A stretch of DNA of 64,000 nt from Squalus acanthias (taxonomy: Eukaryota): assembly GCA_030390025.1 (NCBI GenBank), contig CM059432.1:45510001-45574000 (forward strand), written 5' to 3'. Positions 11,934 through 25,830 of the stretch are shown here, piece by piece. The number at the start of each line of letters is the position of its first letter. Positions within the stretch are counted from its first letter, which is position 1. A program made the position numbers and the translations under genes. A model generated the notes under the pieces. It was not told the DNA's origin, did no database searches, and was given only the letters and a program-made list of their open reading frames with translations.

Positions 11934-13034
11934 TTAGGAGGCTGTGCGCTGAGCCATTTGTTCATCCGGCAGCACTAAGCCGCGCTGCTGTGCGATGTTG
12001 CGCAGGGCACAGCAGACCACGACGATTCTGGACACCCTGGCTGGTGCATACTGCAAGGCTCCTTCAGATCTGGCTAGGCATCGGAAGTGCATTTTGAGCA
12101 AGCTGATGGTTTGCTCGATGATGCTTCTGGTGGAAATGTGACTCACATTGTACCTCTCCTCAGCCTCGTTTGTTGGCCTCCTCATCGGTGTCATAAGCCA
12201 CTTTTTCAGGGGATAGCCCTTGTTGCCAAGAAGCCATCCTGAAAGTTGGGTTGGCGGATGGAAGAGCTGAGGCACAGTAGACTGGCGCAGGATGAAGGAG
12301 TCATGGTAACTGCCAGGGTACTTTGCGCAAACATGCATGATGATCTTCCTGTGGTTACACACCAGTTGGACATTAAAGGAGTGGAATCCCTTGCGGTTGA
12401 TAAATACAGCTGGGTTGTGATAGGGGGCCCTAATGGCTACATGTGTGCAGTCAATGACACCCTGCACCATTGGCAAGCCAGCCATATTGGCAAAGCCAAC
12501 TGCACGCGCTGTCACACTTGGGCCATCCGTGGAGAAGTGAATATAATTGTGGGCCTTTGCAAAGAGGGCATCAGTGACCTGCGTGATGCAGGTGTGTGCG
12601 GCCGACTGGGAGATGCCGCTGATGTCTGCAGCTGATCCCTGGAAGGAGTCCGAAGCAAAGAACTTTAGTGCGATGGTGACTTTGACAGCCACAGGTAAGG
12701 AGTGTCCACACGCTCCTATGGGCTCCAGGTGTTGGTGCAGCATTGCGCAGATGTCAGCGACTACGTCTCTCGAAAGTCTCAGCCTCCTTTGGCACTGCTG
12801 CTCAGTCATGCTGAGGAAGCTGATCCTCTGCCTGTAAACCCTGTGTTGGGGGTATCTCCTGCGGCGAGGTGCAGCCCTGCACTGAGGCCCTCCACCCTGT
12901 GCATCATCAGGCGGCTGAGGAGAAGGTTGGCGCTCCTGGTGCTGGTGCTGCTGTTGTGGCTGGTTGTGATGCTGCCGCGGCTACTCTTCCTCCGAATCTG
13001 ACGACCAGGATGAGAGGATACAAATGTTTCCCAT
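11934..13034 (-). pseudogene. HARBI1-type DDE transposase of H1 (defective)
   Basis: IDCTH, NRKGFHS, YPGSxHD and IEQTI motifs; ATG at 13034 is followed by an in-frame TAG at 12983-12981; GDKGY has changed to GNKGY. Confidence 0.9.
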
Positions 13035-13724
13035 CCTGTAGCTATAGATTTCACTTGAGGCAAGAAGCTTGCAAGCGCACACTAGAAGTGGCCTAAAATT
13101 ATTCCTATCAGGTCACACTGCAAATGGTTGTCGGCTTAAATGTCAAGGTCAGTAGATTTGCAAAATCTTATCCCAAACCTCCAACAACAAGGTTGTTGCA
13201 TTTGAATGTCAGCCATGTTACAGGAGCGCTTTTAAAGTGCTGCACCAATGACTACAAATCATGTCCTCCAGCAACTTGTCTCCTTGCAGCTGGCCTGTTT
13301 CTGACAAGACAGGAAGCAGGAGCCAGATGCACGAAAATGGGAAACCACTATCAAAATAGGATTAGCAACGCAGTTAACAGGCTCTTAACTGCTTTAACTA
13401 CCTGTCCCACCGGTTCCAGTCGGGTCAGTTTGGGAGCGGTTGACCCGACACTCACGAAAATCAGGGTGGGGGTGGGATGGAGGTGGGTTGACAGTCTGAA
13501 GCCACTTTTTCCGATTTTCGCTGCTGACCCGCCTCCAAACCCGCCTCCTCAAGGCTATTAAAATCGAGCCCCTTGTGTCCGAATTTCCAATATGTGTTGC
13601 AAACAGGCAAGGACCCCATCAATGGCACAAACTTATAAAATCATCTCTGAGATATTAAACTATGATCTGTGTGCCAATTTAAATGGAAGGTGAAGATTAC
13701 ATGACACTATACGAAAAGAAAGAG

Positions 13725-13922
13725 AAGCTGTGTTAGTGTCCTGGCCAACATTCTTCCCTCCGTCACCATCACCAAAATAGATGAACTGGTCATTCATCTT
13801 ATTCCTGTTTGTGGGTGCCACATTTGCTTACATAATAACAATCAGCGCACTGCAAACAAACTGTGCGTGAAACACTTTGAGACATTTCTGAGAAATGTGA
13901 TAAGGTGCTATATAAATCCAAA
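13725..13922 (+). mobile_element. DeuSINE-like 3' fragment
   Basis: gtgtcctggccaacatt...gaaacactttgagacatt...gctatataaat, similar to the copies at 7000 and 17983. Confidence 0.6.
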
Positions 13923-14596
13923 TTTTCAAGGGAGAAGGATTTTTTTTTAGGAGCCATTAAACTGAAGTTTAAATGTTTGAAATTTGTAACCTGTTGGGTC
14001 TCAAACAGTTCCCTGTATCCAATTGGATTGTTCCAGCTATTATTTGCCTGCAGAACATGGTTGCTCTAGCAAGCTACTGATAATTAATAACAATTACACT
14101 GCTGCACAGGTAAACAATTGTTCCCAATTGGCCAGGAATGATGGAAGTTAAAAACAATGGATAGCTTCTGTGGATATAAGTAATAAAGCTCACGGTGTCT
14201 CAAGACTAAGCCATTTGATCATCTGGGTTTGTACACAACGCTGAAGGTCACATATTTAGGATTATTAACTCTCACATGAAAATGGATTGAAAGTACTTAG
14301 CACAGTATGATTCTCTGGCACTCAGTTATTTTTATCATTGCCTAAATCTGCATAGTTCATCATTTAAAGCTCTCATTGTGTACTAACAATAAACCTTTTT
14401 TTATCATGTGTCCATGTGTTCAGCAATTCTTTTATCTGTGCTACCAATTATCTTGTATAGTCCTGCACTGTGACACCTACCGAAATATTGTTCTGGGGCT
14501 CCTGTTTTACAGATTCTGTCCGACTTTCTCGCTAGACCTGTAAATAGAATAGCTTTGCCTAGAGGTGGTGATGAGGATGGGCAATATGCTCCCACA

Positions 14597-15661
14597 TCGT
14601 TACCTCTGGTGTCCCCCCAAGGATCTATCCTTGGCCTCCTCCTATTTCTCATCTATATGTTGCCGCTTGGCGACATCATCCAAAAACATAGCATCAGTTT
14701 CCACATGTACGCTGACGACACCCAGCTCTACCTCACCACCACTTCTCTCGACCCCTCCACGGTCTCTAAATTGTCAGACTGCTTGTCCGACATCCAGTTC
14801 TGGATGAGCAGAAATTTTCTCCAATTAAATATTGGGAAGGCCGAAGCCATTGTTTTCGGTCCCCGCCACAAACTCCGTTCCCTAGCCACTGACTCCATCC
14901 CTCTCCCTAACATCTGTCTGAGGCTGAACCACTCTGTTCGCAACCTTGGTGTCATATTTGACCCTGAAATGAGCTTCCGACCACTTATCCGCAGCATAAC
15001 TAAGAATGCCTATTTCTACCTCCGTAACATTGCCTGTCTCCGCCCTTGCCTCAGCTCATCCGCTGCTGAAAGCATCATCCATGCCTTTGTTACCTCTAGA
15101 CTTGACTATTCCAACGCACTCCTGGCTGGCCTTCCACATTCTACCCTACGTAAACTTGAGGTGATCCAAAACTCGGCTGCCCGTGTCCTAACTCGCACCA
15201 AGTCCTGTTCGCCCATCACCCCTGTGCTCGCTGACCTACATTGGCTCCCGGTTAAGCAACGCCTCGATTTCAAAATTCTCATCCTTGTTTTCAAATCCCT
15301 CCATGGCCTCGCCCCTCCCTAGCTCTGTAATCTCCTTCAGCCCCCCCCTCCCCCCGAGATATCTGTGCTCCTCTAATTCTGCCTTCTTGCGCATCCCTGG
15401 ATTATAATCGCTCAACCATTGGTGGCCGTGCCTTTTGTTGCCTAGGCCCTAAGCTCTGGAATTCCCTGCCTAAAACTCTCTGCCTCTCTATCACTCCTTC
15501 CTCCTTTAAGATGCTTCTTAAAACCTACCTCTTTCCTGCCCTAATTTCTCCTTATGTGGCTCGGTGTCAATTTTTTGTCTTATAATACTCCTGTCTTATA
15601 ATACTGCCTTGGGACTTTTTACTACGGTAAAGGCGCTATATAAATGCAAGTTGTTGTTGTT
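14597..15661 (+). mobile_element. 5'-truncated L2 LINE
   Basis: PQGSILG, YADDTQLY and RLDYSNALL motifs; (GTT)n tail. Confidence 0.95.
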
Positions 15662-16477
15662 ATGTCATTTTGATTGGCTGGAAATGCAATGTGAATTAGA
15701 ACTGATGCAGCATTATTAAAGCCTAGCTTCAAGATGGTCTGTGCCCAAGTTAACCCTTTGATGACTGCAGCAGCATAACTGTATATTGATACAGTTTGTC
15801 ATTGCTAATATAAAGAACAGAATAATTGAGAAACAGTATCTGCACTGGACATTTCTCTCCTATTACTTTAACACTTACTGCTAGGCTGGTGAGTTATCCT
15901 GTCCAGACATAATCAGACCACAGGAACTGGAGACCAAGTGACTCATTCTGTAGTTGTGAGCTTGGTTTGTCCGCTTGGAAATCACTTCAAAGGTTGGTTG
16001 AGACTATGCAGCAATATCAAATCATTAGACTGGTTGTAAAACAATCTTGACGATTCCTTTGCAGCCAATCAGAGGCTATTTTTTCGAATTGGAAGGCACT
16101 GGATGAAAAGTAAGGAAAGTATAGGTTAGAATTGGGTGTATTTAAAATAATGTAAAAGTACGCTTGAAATACAGAATAAGGATAGAAAGAGGAAAATAAA
16201 ATGGAGGAAGGGAAGGAAGGGAAATATGTTTTGTTTATTTTAGTGTATATCTCAGCACTAATTCGATCACAATTAGAAAGTCACAAAAATAAGTTTACAG
16301 TCTGTTAATATTAAAAGCATTTCAGTGCACAAACTTTTAAGATTTAAAATCAGAATATAAATATTTTTTAGGCAAGTAATATCTTTACAGAAACTTCACA
16401 CGAGTATTGACACATTAAATCCGCTAGGGTGGTGTGGGTCTGTGTCTCAGACTTTAGTCGCTGACTGCAGCATTCAC

Positions 16478-16576
16478 CTGCTTATTGCAGGAGGTCCCAC
16501 GATTGCGTCCTGATTGAAAGGGGAGGAGGCGCCAGACCCAGGGTCCCCTTTCTTTGTCTATGTCACTGTCTATGAT
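16478..16576 (-). other. Candidate 99-nt 5' UTR exon of OSGIN2
   Basis: Pyrimidine tract plus CCTAG| acceptor at 16577 and CAG|GTGAAT donor at 16477. No homology support. Confidence 0.25.
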
Positions 16577-16792
16577 CTAGGAAAACAAAGTATTCTACTT
16601 TTTTTTACATTAACTAAATCAAATCTAAATGATCGTACTAAATACATATAAAACCTATATTAATATTTACTATTATCCTGAAACATCTGTCATGCAAAAT
16701 AATCAACTAAATAGCTTCTGCAGAATTAAAGCTACAAATGGCAGTTCAGGCATTAAGAAATGAAAAGTTTGCAGTGAGGTGATTAAACTGAC

Positions 16793-17050
16793 CTGATCGA
16801 ATTTGATTTCTTGTGCTGTCGATGATGAAGCTCAGGACCGTCCTCTGCTCCAGCCGTTGCACAAGGTATACCCGCCTGGCCAGGGATTAAACTCAGCCGA
16901 TCCTGCAGGGAGGAGCCCTTATTCTGCCTGCCCGCAAGGAGATGACCTAGACCCAGCAGGGTTCGTGCACGAAGAAACCTGAAGCATTTCTTCCGAGTTT
17001 TCTGCTCCCCCTGCCAGTGTGACACGGCTGGAGGCGGAGTTCTGATGTAA
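16793..17050 (-). other. Candidate non-coding first exon / promoter region of OSGIN2
   Basis: Non-repetitive, locally CpG-richer segment ending at a CAG|GTCAGT donor (16792). The 5' boundary is undefined. Confidence 0.35.
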
Positions 17051-17369
17051 TTTCTGCAGATCACACTATTTAAAATATTCGACCCAAAGTCAAGAAACTT
17101 CATGAACATTTCAACAGCAGTGCCCTAGATATCAAATTAAATAATGAAGAAATTCCGACGTACAACTGCTTTCAAGTGAGCCAGAGTGTTGGCATCGAAT
17201 CAATGTTTGATTGGGAGCTCCAACCGGTGGTGGGTCCTAGCCCAGGACACCCTTTTTGATAAGTAATCTGAAGGTGGCATTTGGTAACTGGGCTGTTGGG
17301 TCCCATTTGAGGAACTTGTACTTTAGAGTCCTGGGAAGTATACCAATAACCTCTACTTCCAACGTGCAC

Positions 17370-17900
17370 AAACAACAACAGCTTGTATTTATATCGCGCC
17401 TTTCACAAAGTAAAACGTCCCAAGGCGCTTCACAGGAGCAATTATCAAACAAAATTTGACACCTAGCCGCAGAAAGACATATTAGGACAGGTGACCAAAA
17501 GCTTGGTCAAAGAGGTAGGCTTTAAGGAGTATCTTAAAGGAGAGAGTGGTAGAGAAGCGGAGAGGTTTAGGGAGAGAATTCCAGAGCATAGGACCTCGGC
17601 AGCTGAAGGCATGACTGCCAATAGTGCAGCAGAGAAAATCAGGGATGCACAAGTGGCCAGAATTGAAGGAGCGCAGAGATCTCAGAGGGTTGTAGGGCTA
17701 GAGTAGGTTACAGAGCTAGGGAAGGGGCGAGGTCATGGAGGGATTTGAACACAAGGATGAACATTTTAAAATCGAGGTGTTGCTGGATTGGGAGCCAATG
17801 TGGGTCAGCGAGCACAGGGCTGATGGGTGAACGGGACTTGGTGCGAGTTAGGATAACGGCAACAGAGTTTTGGATGAGCTTAAGTTTGCGGAGGGTGTAA
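17370..17900 (-). mobile_element. L2 LINE 3' fragment
   Basis: Reverse strand encodes LIQNSVA..TRTKSRSPISPVLADPHWLP; (AAC)n tail at the left end. Confidence 0.9.
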
Positions 17901-17982
17901 TGGTAATATGTACAGAGGACTAGAGAGGAGTACTGTATATATTCATGTACAGAACTAGAAATTTGGGTCAATGATGAGAAAA

Positions 17983-18415
17983 TAACTTACATTTAAACAG
18001 TGCCTTTCAGGTCTTAAGGGCATCTCAAAGTGCTTCACAGCCAATGAAGTACTTTTGACATGTGGTCACCGTTGTTATGTAGGCAAACATGGCAGCTAAT
18101 TTTGTGCATCTAGGTCCCACAGACTGCACGTGAGATAAATAACCAGTAAATGCTTTGGTGGTGTTGGTTGACGGATAAATGTTGGCTAAGACACCAAAAG
18201 AACTCTTCTTCAAATAGCCTCATAAGATCTTTTACATCCACCTGAGAGGGCTGATGGGCCTATGGATTACCATCTCATTCAAAAGACAGCACCTCTGACA
18301 ATACAGTACTCTCTCAGTATCACGCTAAAATGTAAGCTGAAGTGATGTGTTTAAGTCCTGGAGTGGGGCTGTAACTCGCAATCTTTTGACTCAGGTGACA
18401 CTGAACCAAGTAACA
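17983..18415 (-). mobile_element. DeuSINE (SacSINE1-like), degraded
   Basis: Colinear with 7000-7383. Confidence 0.75.
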
Positions 18416-20932
18416 GTGCATGTGGTGGGGGAGTTATCTTTAACATGAGTCATTGTTGCGGATATTACTGTCACTCACTCTGGTTGCCTGCTCCTTATCA
18501 ATTGTAGCACATTAGAATCAAATTTCTTGCTTTCTGGGGAGTTAATATGACCTTTTAATTGTGCCATTGATTTTGTTCAGAGTTTTTTGCTAGAAAGTAA
18601 GGGGCTCACCTTATACATTGGTCACCTTATATACACAAGTACTTAACTATAAGGATCTATTTTCAAGATTCACTTTAATGCATCGAAAATTGTGGGCTGG
18701 CAAGTGTAGAAGTGGAATTTTTACTCCATTATCCTTTGTTCCATCTAATGAAAACCTGCACAACCTGCTGCAACATAAGTGCTTACGAGATATGTAGGCT
18801 GTAATTCTCCTGCATGATCCCGCCCAAAATCGTGACAGAATGAAAGAAAATGCAAGTGGATAGGCCAACTGCCTCCCTCCATCCCCGTCAAAATTTCCGC
18901 TGGCCTCTCCTTCGGTGCATACCACGTGAAAATGGCTGCAGGGGTGCAGTGGGGCCTGTGTTACTGCTGCTTCCAAGGGTCACCATGCGGAAGGTGGTGG
19001 TCGGCCCTGGGAAGCGTCGCTAAAGGCCCCGAGTCTCCCCATGAAGAGAGAGGGTATTGTAGCACCCTCCTCTCCCTCAAGTCTGACCCCCAACACTTAC
19101 CTGCTGAAGGCCTTGGTTTCAACTGAGGCATTCAGTGATACAGCTGGTCTGCTCTTTGGGGAAATTCTTTAAGGTCCCTCACCAGCTTTTCTGGTGCTGC
19201 AGCAGTGTCACCCCACACTGGCAGGCTCCCTCTTGGTGGTGGGAATCCTGCTGAGAGTCCCCAGTGCCCTGACCTCAGGGTTCAGGAAGATTTGGAATGA
19301 TAGGCATAAATCTTGCTTCACTGCAACTCTGCCCCGAAGTGCAGAATCTCAATAAGAGTATCCATGCATGTGTTTGGGTGGGTGCACTGAGTTCAACCAT
19401 CCCCTACTTAACAGTAATGTGATTGGACAGCACAATCAGCGTACTCCATTAGCATCACAATTAAAAGTACACAAGGCTTCATTGGCTGGTGCTAATATGA
19501 GCATCATAATCATGTGATAATCCAATTAATACAATGCTGTCAGTGTGATATCCTCTATTTAATCAGTGCCTCTGGTTGGATTAAAGTGGGACTAAAGCCT
19601 TTTTTTTCATATAAAGCTTGTGCAGACATATCCTCCTGCTTCACCATCTCTGGGTTTTTTAAGTTTCTGAAACAATAAACAAATAAACCCTTCTATAAAA
19701 TAGTAATTATTATCCAGTGCAAGGGCTAAGTTTTGAATGTTGTGTAGATCTTACGTTGGAATATCAGTACAAGACAAGAGTTATTAATAGTCTCAGTCAT
19801 TTGTGTGAGCTTGATGGTGCAAAAATCAAGAGTTGTAACAACTACTGTTGTTTTAATGTGTAAGTATTACATATGGGTAGCAAATTTACATATGGGTACC
19901 TGCCTTGGTTCCGTAATCCTTAATACCCTTGCCTAACAAAAATCTATCAATCTCAGTTTTGAAATATTCAATTGACCTAGCTTCAACAACTTTTTGGGGG
20001 AGAGAGTTGCAGATTCCCACTACCCTTTGTGTGAAGAAGTGCTTTCTGACATCACCTCTGAATGGCCTAGCTCTAATTTTAAGGTATTCCCCTTTGTTCT
20101 GGACTCTCCCACCAGAGGAAATATTTTCTCTCAATCTACCTATCAAATCTTAAATACTTCAATTAGATCATCCCTTAATCTTCTATATTCAAGAGAATAC
20201 AAGCCTAGTGTATGCAAGCTGTCCTCATAACTTAACCCTTTTAGCCCTGGTATAATTCTAGTGAATCAGCACTGCATCTCCTCCAAGGCCAATATAGCCT
20301 TCCTGAAGTGTGGTGCTCAGAACTGAATGCAATACTCCAGATGGGGTCTAACAAGAGCTCTGTACAGCTGTAACATAACTTCCACCCCTTTGTATTGCAG
20401 CCCTCTTGAGATAAAGGCCAACATTCCATTAGCCTTTTAAATTATTTTTTCTACCTGTCCACCAGCATTTAGTGATTTCTGTACTTGGACCCCTAAATCT
20501 CTGCTCATTCTCAGTTCCTAGCGTCTCGCCATTTAGAAAATACTCTGATCTATCTTTCTTAGATCCAAAGTGGATGACCTCACACTTTCCCACATTGAAT
20601 TCCATCTGCCACAGTTTTGCCCACTCACTTAATCTATCAATGCCCCTTTGCAACTTTCTGGTCCCATCTATACTAGTTACTGTGCCACCTAACTTGGTGT
20701 CATCAGCAACCTTTGATATATGCTTCTCTATTCCTTCATCCGAGTCATTTATCAAAAGCTGTGGCCCCAGTACAGATCCCTGGGGGACACAACTAGTCAC
20801 ATCCTGACAATTTGAGTACATACCCATTATCCCTACTCTGTCTCCTGCCTCCTAACCAATTCCCTATCATAGCCAATAGGTTGCCTCTAATTCCATGCGC
20901 TCTAATTTTTGTTAACAGTCTCTTATGACAAC

Positions 20933-23475
20933 AAACGGCATTAAACGGGAAATTAGAGACGCGTGCAATAAGGGCACAGCAATCATCATGGGTGACTTCA
21001 ATCTACATATAGATTGGGCTAACCAAGTTAGTAACAATACTGTGGAGGAGGAATTCCTAGAGTGTATACGGGATGGTTTCCTGGACCAATATGTCGAGGA
21101 ACCAACTAGAGATCAGGCCATCTTAGACTGGGTATTATGTAATGAGAAAGGATTAATTAGAAATCTTGTTGTGCGAGGCCCCTTGGGGAGGAGCGATCAT
21201 AATATGATCGAATTCTTCATTAAGATGGAGAGTGAAGTAGTTGACTCAGAGACTGCGGTCCTGAATTTAAATAAAGGAAAGTATGAGGCGCGAGTTGGCT
21301 AGGATGGATTGGGGAGCGTTACTTTAAGGGTTGACGGTGGATAGGCAATGGCAAACATTTAAAGATCGCATGGATGAACTACAGAATTTGTTCATCCCTG
21401 TTTGGCATAAAAATAAAACAAAAAAGGTGACTCAACCGTGGCTAACAAGGGAAATTAGGGATAGCATAAGATCCAAGGAGAGGACATATAAATTGGCCAG
21501 AAAAAGCAGCAAACCTGAGGATTGGGAGCAGTTTAGGATTGAGCAAAGGACGACAAAGGGATTAATTAAGAGGGGGAAAATAGAATATGAGAGTAAGCTT
21601 GCAGGGAACATAAAAACTGACTGTAAAAGCTTCTATAGATATGTGAAGAGAAAAAGATTGGTGAAGTCAAGCATAGGTCCCTTGCAGTCAGAATCAGGGG
21701 AATTTATAATGGGGAACAAAGAAATGGCAGGCCAATTAAATACATACTTTGGTTCTGTCTTCACAAAGGAGGACACAAATAACCTCCCAGAGATGTCGGG
21801 GAACATAGGGTCTAATGAGAGGGAGGAATTGAATGAAATCATTATTTGTAGGGAAATGGTGTTAGGGAAATTGACGGGATTGAAGGCCGATAAATCCCCA
21901 GGGCCTGCTAATCTACATCCTAGGGTACTTAATGAAGTGGCACTAGAAATAGTAGATGCATTGCTGGTCATCTTCCAAAATTCTATAGACTCTGGAACAG
22001 TTCCCATGGATTGGAGGGTAGCTAACATAACCCCACTCTTTAAAAAAGGTGGTAGAGAGAAAACAGGGAATTATAGACCGGTAAGCCTGACATCAGTAGT
22101 GGGGAAAATGCTAGAGTTCATTATAAAAGATGTAATAGCAGAGCACTTGGAAAACAGTGACAGGATCGGACAAAATCAACATGGATTTACAAAAGGTAAA
22201 TCATGCTTGACTAATCTACTGGAATTTTTTGAGGATGTAACTGGTAGAATAGATAAGGGAGAACCAGTGGATGTGGTGCATTTGGACTTTCAGAAGGCTT
22301 TTGACAAGGTCCCGCGTAAGAGATTGGCGTGCAAAGTTAAAGCACATGGGATTGGGGGTAAGGTACTGACTTGGATAGAGAACTGGTTGGCAGACAGGAA
22401 GCAAAGAGTTGGAATAAACGGGTCTTTTTCCGAGTGGCAGGCAGTGACTAGTGGGGTACTGCAGGGATCGGTGCTAGGACCCCAGCTATTCACAATATAT
22501 ATTAATGATCTAGACGAGGGAACTAGATGTAATATCTCCAAGTTTGCAGACGACACAAAGCTGGGTGGGCGTGTGTACTGTGAGGAGGATGCAGAGAAAC
22601 TCCAGTATGATTTGGACAGGTTGGGTGATTGGGCAGATGCATGGCAGATGCAGTATAATGTGGATAAATGCGAGGTTATCCACTTTGGTGGCAAAAACAG
22701 GAAGACAGATTATTCTCTGAACGGCAATAGATTTGGAAAAGTGGAAGTGCAACGAGACCTGGGTGTCCTTGTGCACCAGTCGCTGAAGGTAAGTATGCAG
22801 GTGCAGCAGGTGGTTAAGAAGGCAAATAGTATGTTGGCCTTCATAGCGAGAGGATTCGAGTACAGGAGCAAGGATGTCTTGCTGTAGTTGTACAGGGCCT
22901 TGGTGAGACCACACCTTGAGTATTGTGTGCAGTTTTGGTCGCCTTATCTGAGAAAGGATGTTCTTGCCATGGAGGGAGTGCAGCGAAGATTCACCAGACT
23001 GATACCTGGGATGGCAGGAATGACGTATGAGGAGAGATTGGGTCGATTAGGCTTATATTCACTCGAGTTTAGAAGAATGAGAGGGGATCTCATTGAAACT
23101 TATAAAATTCTAACAGGACTAGACAGACTAGATGCAGGAAGGATGTTCCCGATGGCGGGGGAGTCCAGAACCAGAGGTCACAGTCTAAGGATAAGGGGTA
23201 AGCCATTTAGGACTGAGATGAGGAGGAATTTCTTCACCCAGAGAGTGGTGAACCTGTGGAATTCTCTACCACAGAAGGCAGTTGAGGCCAATTCATTAAA
23301 TATATTCAAGAAGGAGTTAGATATATTTCTTAAGGCTAAAGGGACCAAGGGATATGGGGAGAAAGCAGGGACAGGGTACTGAATTTGGATGATCAGCCAT
23401 GATCTCATTAAATGGCGGAGCAGGCTCGAGGGGCCGAATGGCCTACTCCTGCTCCTATCTTCTATGTTTCTATGT
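20933..23475 (+). mobile_element. CR1 LINE (B): partial APE plus RT, with a frameshift near 21.3 kb and TAG at 22885
   Basis: GDFN and SDHN (APE), NYRPVSLTS and FADDTK motifs; TTCTATG tail. Confidence 0.95.
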
Positions 23476-24253
23476 AACATCTTATATTATATAGCACCTT
23501 TAACGCAGTAAAACATCCCAAGGTGCTTCACAGGAGTGTTATCAAACAAAATTGGACACATAAGGCGATATTAGACAGATAACCAAAAGCTTGATCAAAG
23601 AGGTAGTTTTTAAGGAGTGTCTTAAAGGAGGACAGAGAGATAGAGAGGCAGAGATGTTTAGCGAGGGAATTCCAGAGCTTAGAGCTTAGGCAGCTGAAAG
23701 CATGGCTGCCAGTGGTGGAACGATTAAAATCAGGGATGCGCAGGAGGCCAGAATTGGAGGAGCGCAGAAATCTCAGAGGGTTGTAGGGCTGGAGAAAGTT
23801 ACAGAGATAGGGTGGGGCGAGGCAATGGAGGGATTTGAAAACAAGGATGAGAATTTTAAAATCGAGGCATTGCCGGATGTAGCCAATGTAGATCAGCGAG
23901 CACAGGGCTGATGGGTGAACAGGACCTGCTGTGTGTTAGGATATGGGCAGCAGAGTTTTGGATGAGCTCAAGTTTACGAAGGGCGGAAGATGGGAGGCCA
24001 TCAGGAGAGCATTGGAATAGTCAAGTCTAGATGTAACAAAGGCATGGATGAGGGTTTCAGTAGCAGATGAGCTGTGGCAGGGTGGAGTCGGGCTTTGTTA
24101 TGGAGGTAGATATAGGCAATCTCGGTGATGGAGAAGATATGTGGTCGGAAGCTCATCTCGAGGTCAAATACAACACCAAGGTTGCGAAAGGTCTGGTTCA
24201 GTCTCAGACAGTGGCCAGGGAGAGGGATGGAGTTTGTGGCTAAGTAACGGAGT
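23476..24253 (-). mobile_element. L2 LINE 3' fragment (its ACAACAA tail remnant at 20928-20934 is separated by CR1-B)
   Basis: Reverse complement matches the L2 at 14870-15660. Confidence 0.85.
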
Positions 24254-24331
24254 TATGTGGAACCTTATATGGAACCTTGTTAAATGCCTACTGGAAGTCC
24301 ATATAAATAACATCGATAGATACTCCCTTAT

Positions 24332-25830
24332 CTCGGGAACAGTGCCCATGGATTGGAGGGTAGCTAACGTTACCCCACTATTCAAAAAGGGGGGTAGGGA
24401 AAAAGCAGGTAATTACAGACCTGTAAGCCTTACATCAGTTGTGGGCAAAATGCTGGAGTCCATCATTAAGGATGAAATAGCGGAGCACTTAGCAAATGGG
24501 GACAGGATAGGACAGAGTCAACATGGATTTACAAAGGGTAAATCGTGCTTGACTAATCTATTGGAATTTTTTGAGGGAGTAACTGGTAAAATAGATGGGG
24601 GAGAGCCAGTAGATGTGGTGTACCTGGACTTCCAAAAGGCCTTCGACAAGGTCCCACATAAAAGATTAGCATGGAAAATTGAAGCTCATGGGATAAAGGG
24701 GAAAGTATTGACGTGGATAGAGAACTGGCTGTCAGATAGAAAACAGAGAGTTGGAATAAACGGCTCATTTTCTGAATGGCAGGCAGTAACAAGTGGGGTA
24801 CCGCAGGGATCTGTCCTGGGTCCCCAGCTGTTCACAATTTACATTAATGACCTGGATCAGGGAGTCGGATGCAGCATTTCCAAATTTGCAGACGACACTA
24901 AACTAGTAGGGGGGGTGGGCTCAGAGGAGGAGACCAGGAAGCTCCAGAGCGATTTGGACAGACTGGGTGATTGGGCGGATAAATGGTAGATGCACTATAA
25001 TGTGGACAAGTGCGAAGTTATCCACCTTGGGTGCAGGAACGGGAGGGCAAATTATTATTTAAATGGCAATAAATTGGGAGAGGGGGAAGTACAGAGAGAC
25101 CTGGGTGTTCTTGTACACCAGTCACTGAAGGCGAGCATGCAGGTGCAACAGGCGGTCAAGAAGGCAAACGGTATGCTGGCCTTCATAGCAAAAGGGTTGG
25201 AATACAGGAACAGGGATACCTTGCTGCAGCTGTACAGGGCACTGGTGAGACCACACCTCGAGTACTGTGTACAGTTTTGGTCGCCTCATCTGAGGAAAGA
25301 TGTTCTTGCCATGGAGGGGGTGCAGCGGCGATTCACCAGGCTGATACCAGGAATGGCGGGATTGACCTATGAGGAGAGACTATGTAGTTTAGGGATGTAC
25401 ACACTGGAGTTTAGAAGATTGAGAGGGGACCTCATAGAAGTGTATAAAATTCTGACAGGTCTAGACAGACTAGATGCAGAAGGAATGTTTCCCTTGGCGG
25501 GTGAGAACAGAACTAGAGGACATAATTTAAGGATAAGGGCTAAACCATTTAGGACAGAAATGAGGGGGAATTTCTTCACTCAGAGGGTGGTGAACCTGTG
25601 GAATTCATTGCCACAGAGAGCAGTGTACGCCAGCTCATTAAATATATTTAAGAGGGAATTAGATATATTTCTACAGGCAAAAGGGGTTAAGGGTTACGGA
25701 GAGAAGGCGGGGACGGGATACTGAATTGGAGGATCAGCCATGATCTCATTAAATGGCGGAGCAGGCTCGAAGGGCCGGATGGCCTACTCCTGCTCCTATC
25801 TTCTATGTATCTATGTATCTATGTATGTAT
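24332..25830 (+). mobile_element. 5'-truncated CR1 LINE (C), single nonsense codon at 24987
   Basis: Continuous RT frame across one TAG; (TCTATGTA)n tail. Confidence 0.95.

Larger units (their letters stand above)
10923..13571. mobile_element. PIF/Harbinger transposon H1 with both TIRs
   Basis: Imperfect TIRs GGGCTCGATTTT...GAGGAGGC(A/G)GGTT; Myb/SANT ORF (+) and transposase (-) converge. Confidence 0.9.

Noticed and set aside
16783..17109. 108-aa minus-strand ORF as an OSGIN2 coding exon
   Set aside because: No recognisable homology, and splicing to the next exon is out of frame with the main ORF.
18710..19330. GC-richer segment, possible MITE or exon
   Set aside because: No convincing TIR pair, splice pattern or homology.
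24141..24989. 282-aa ORF appearing to have a novel N-terminus on RT
   Set aside because: Chance read-through across L2, CR1-A and CR1-C junctions.
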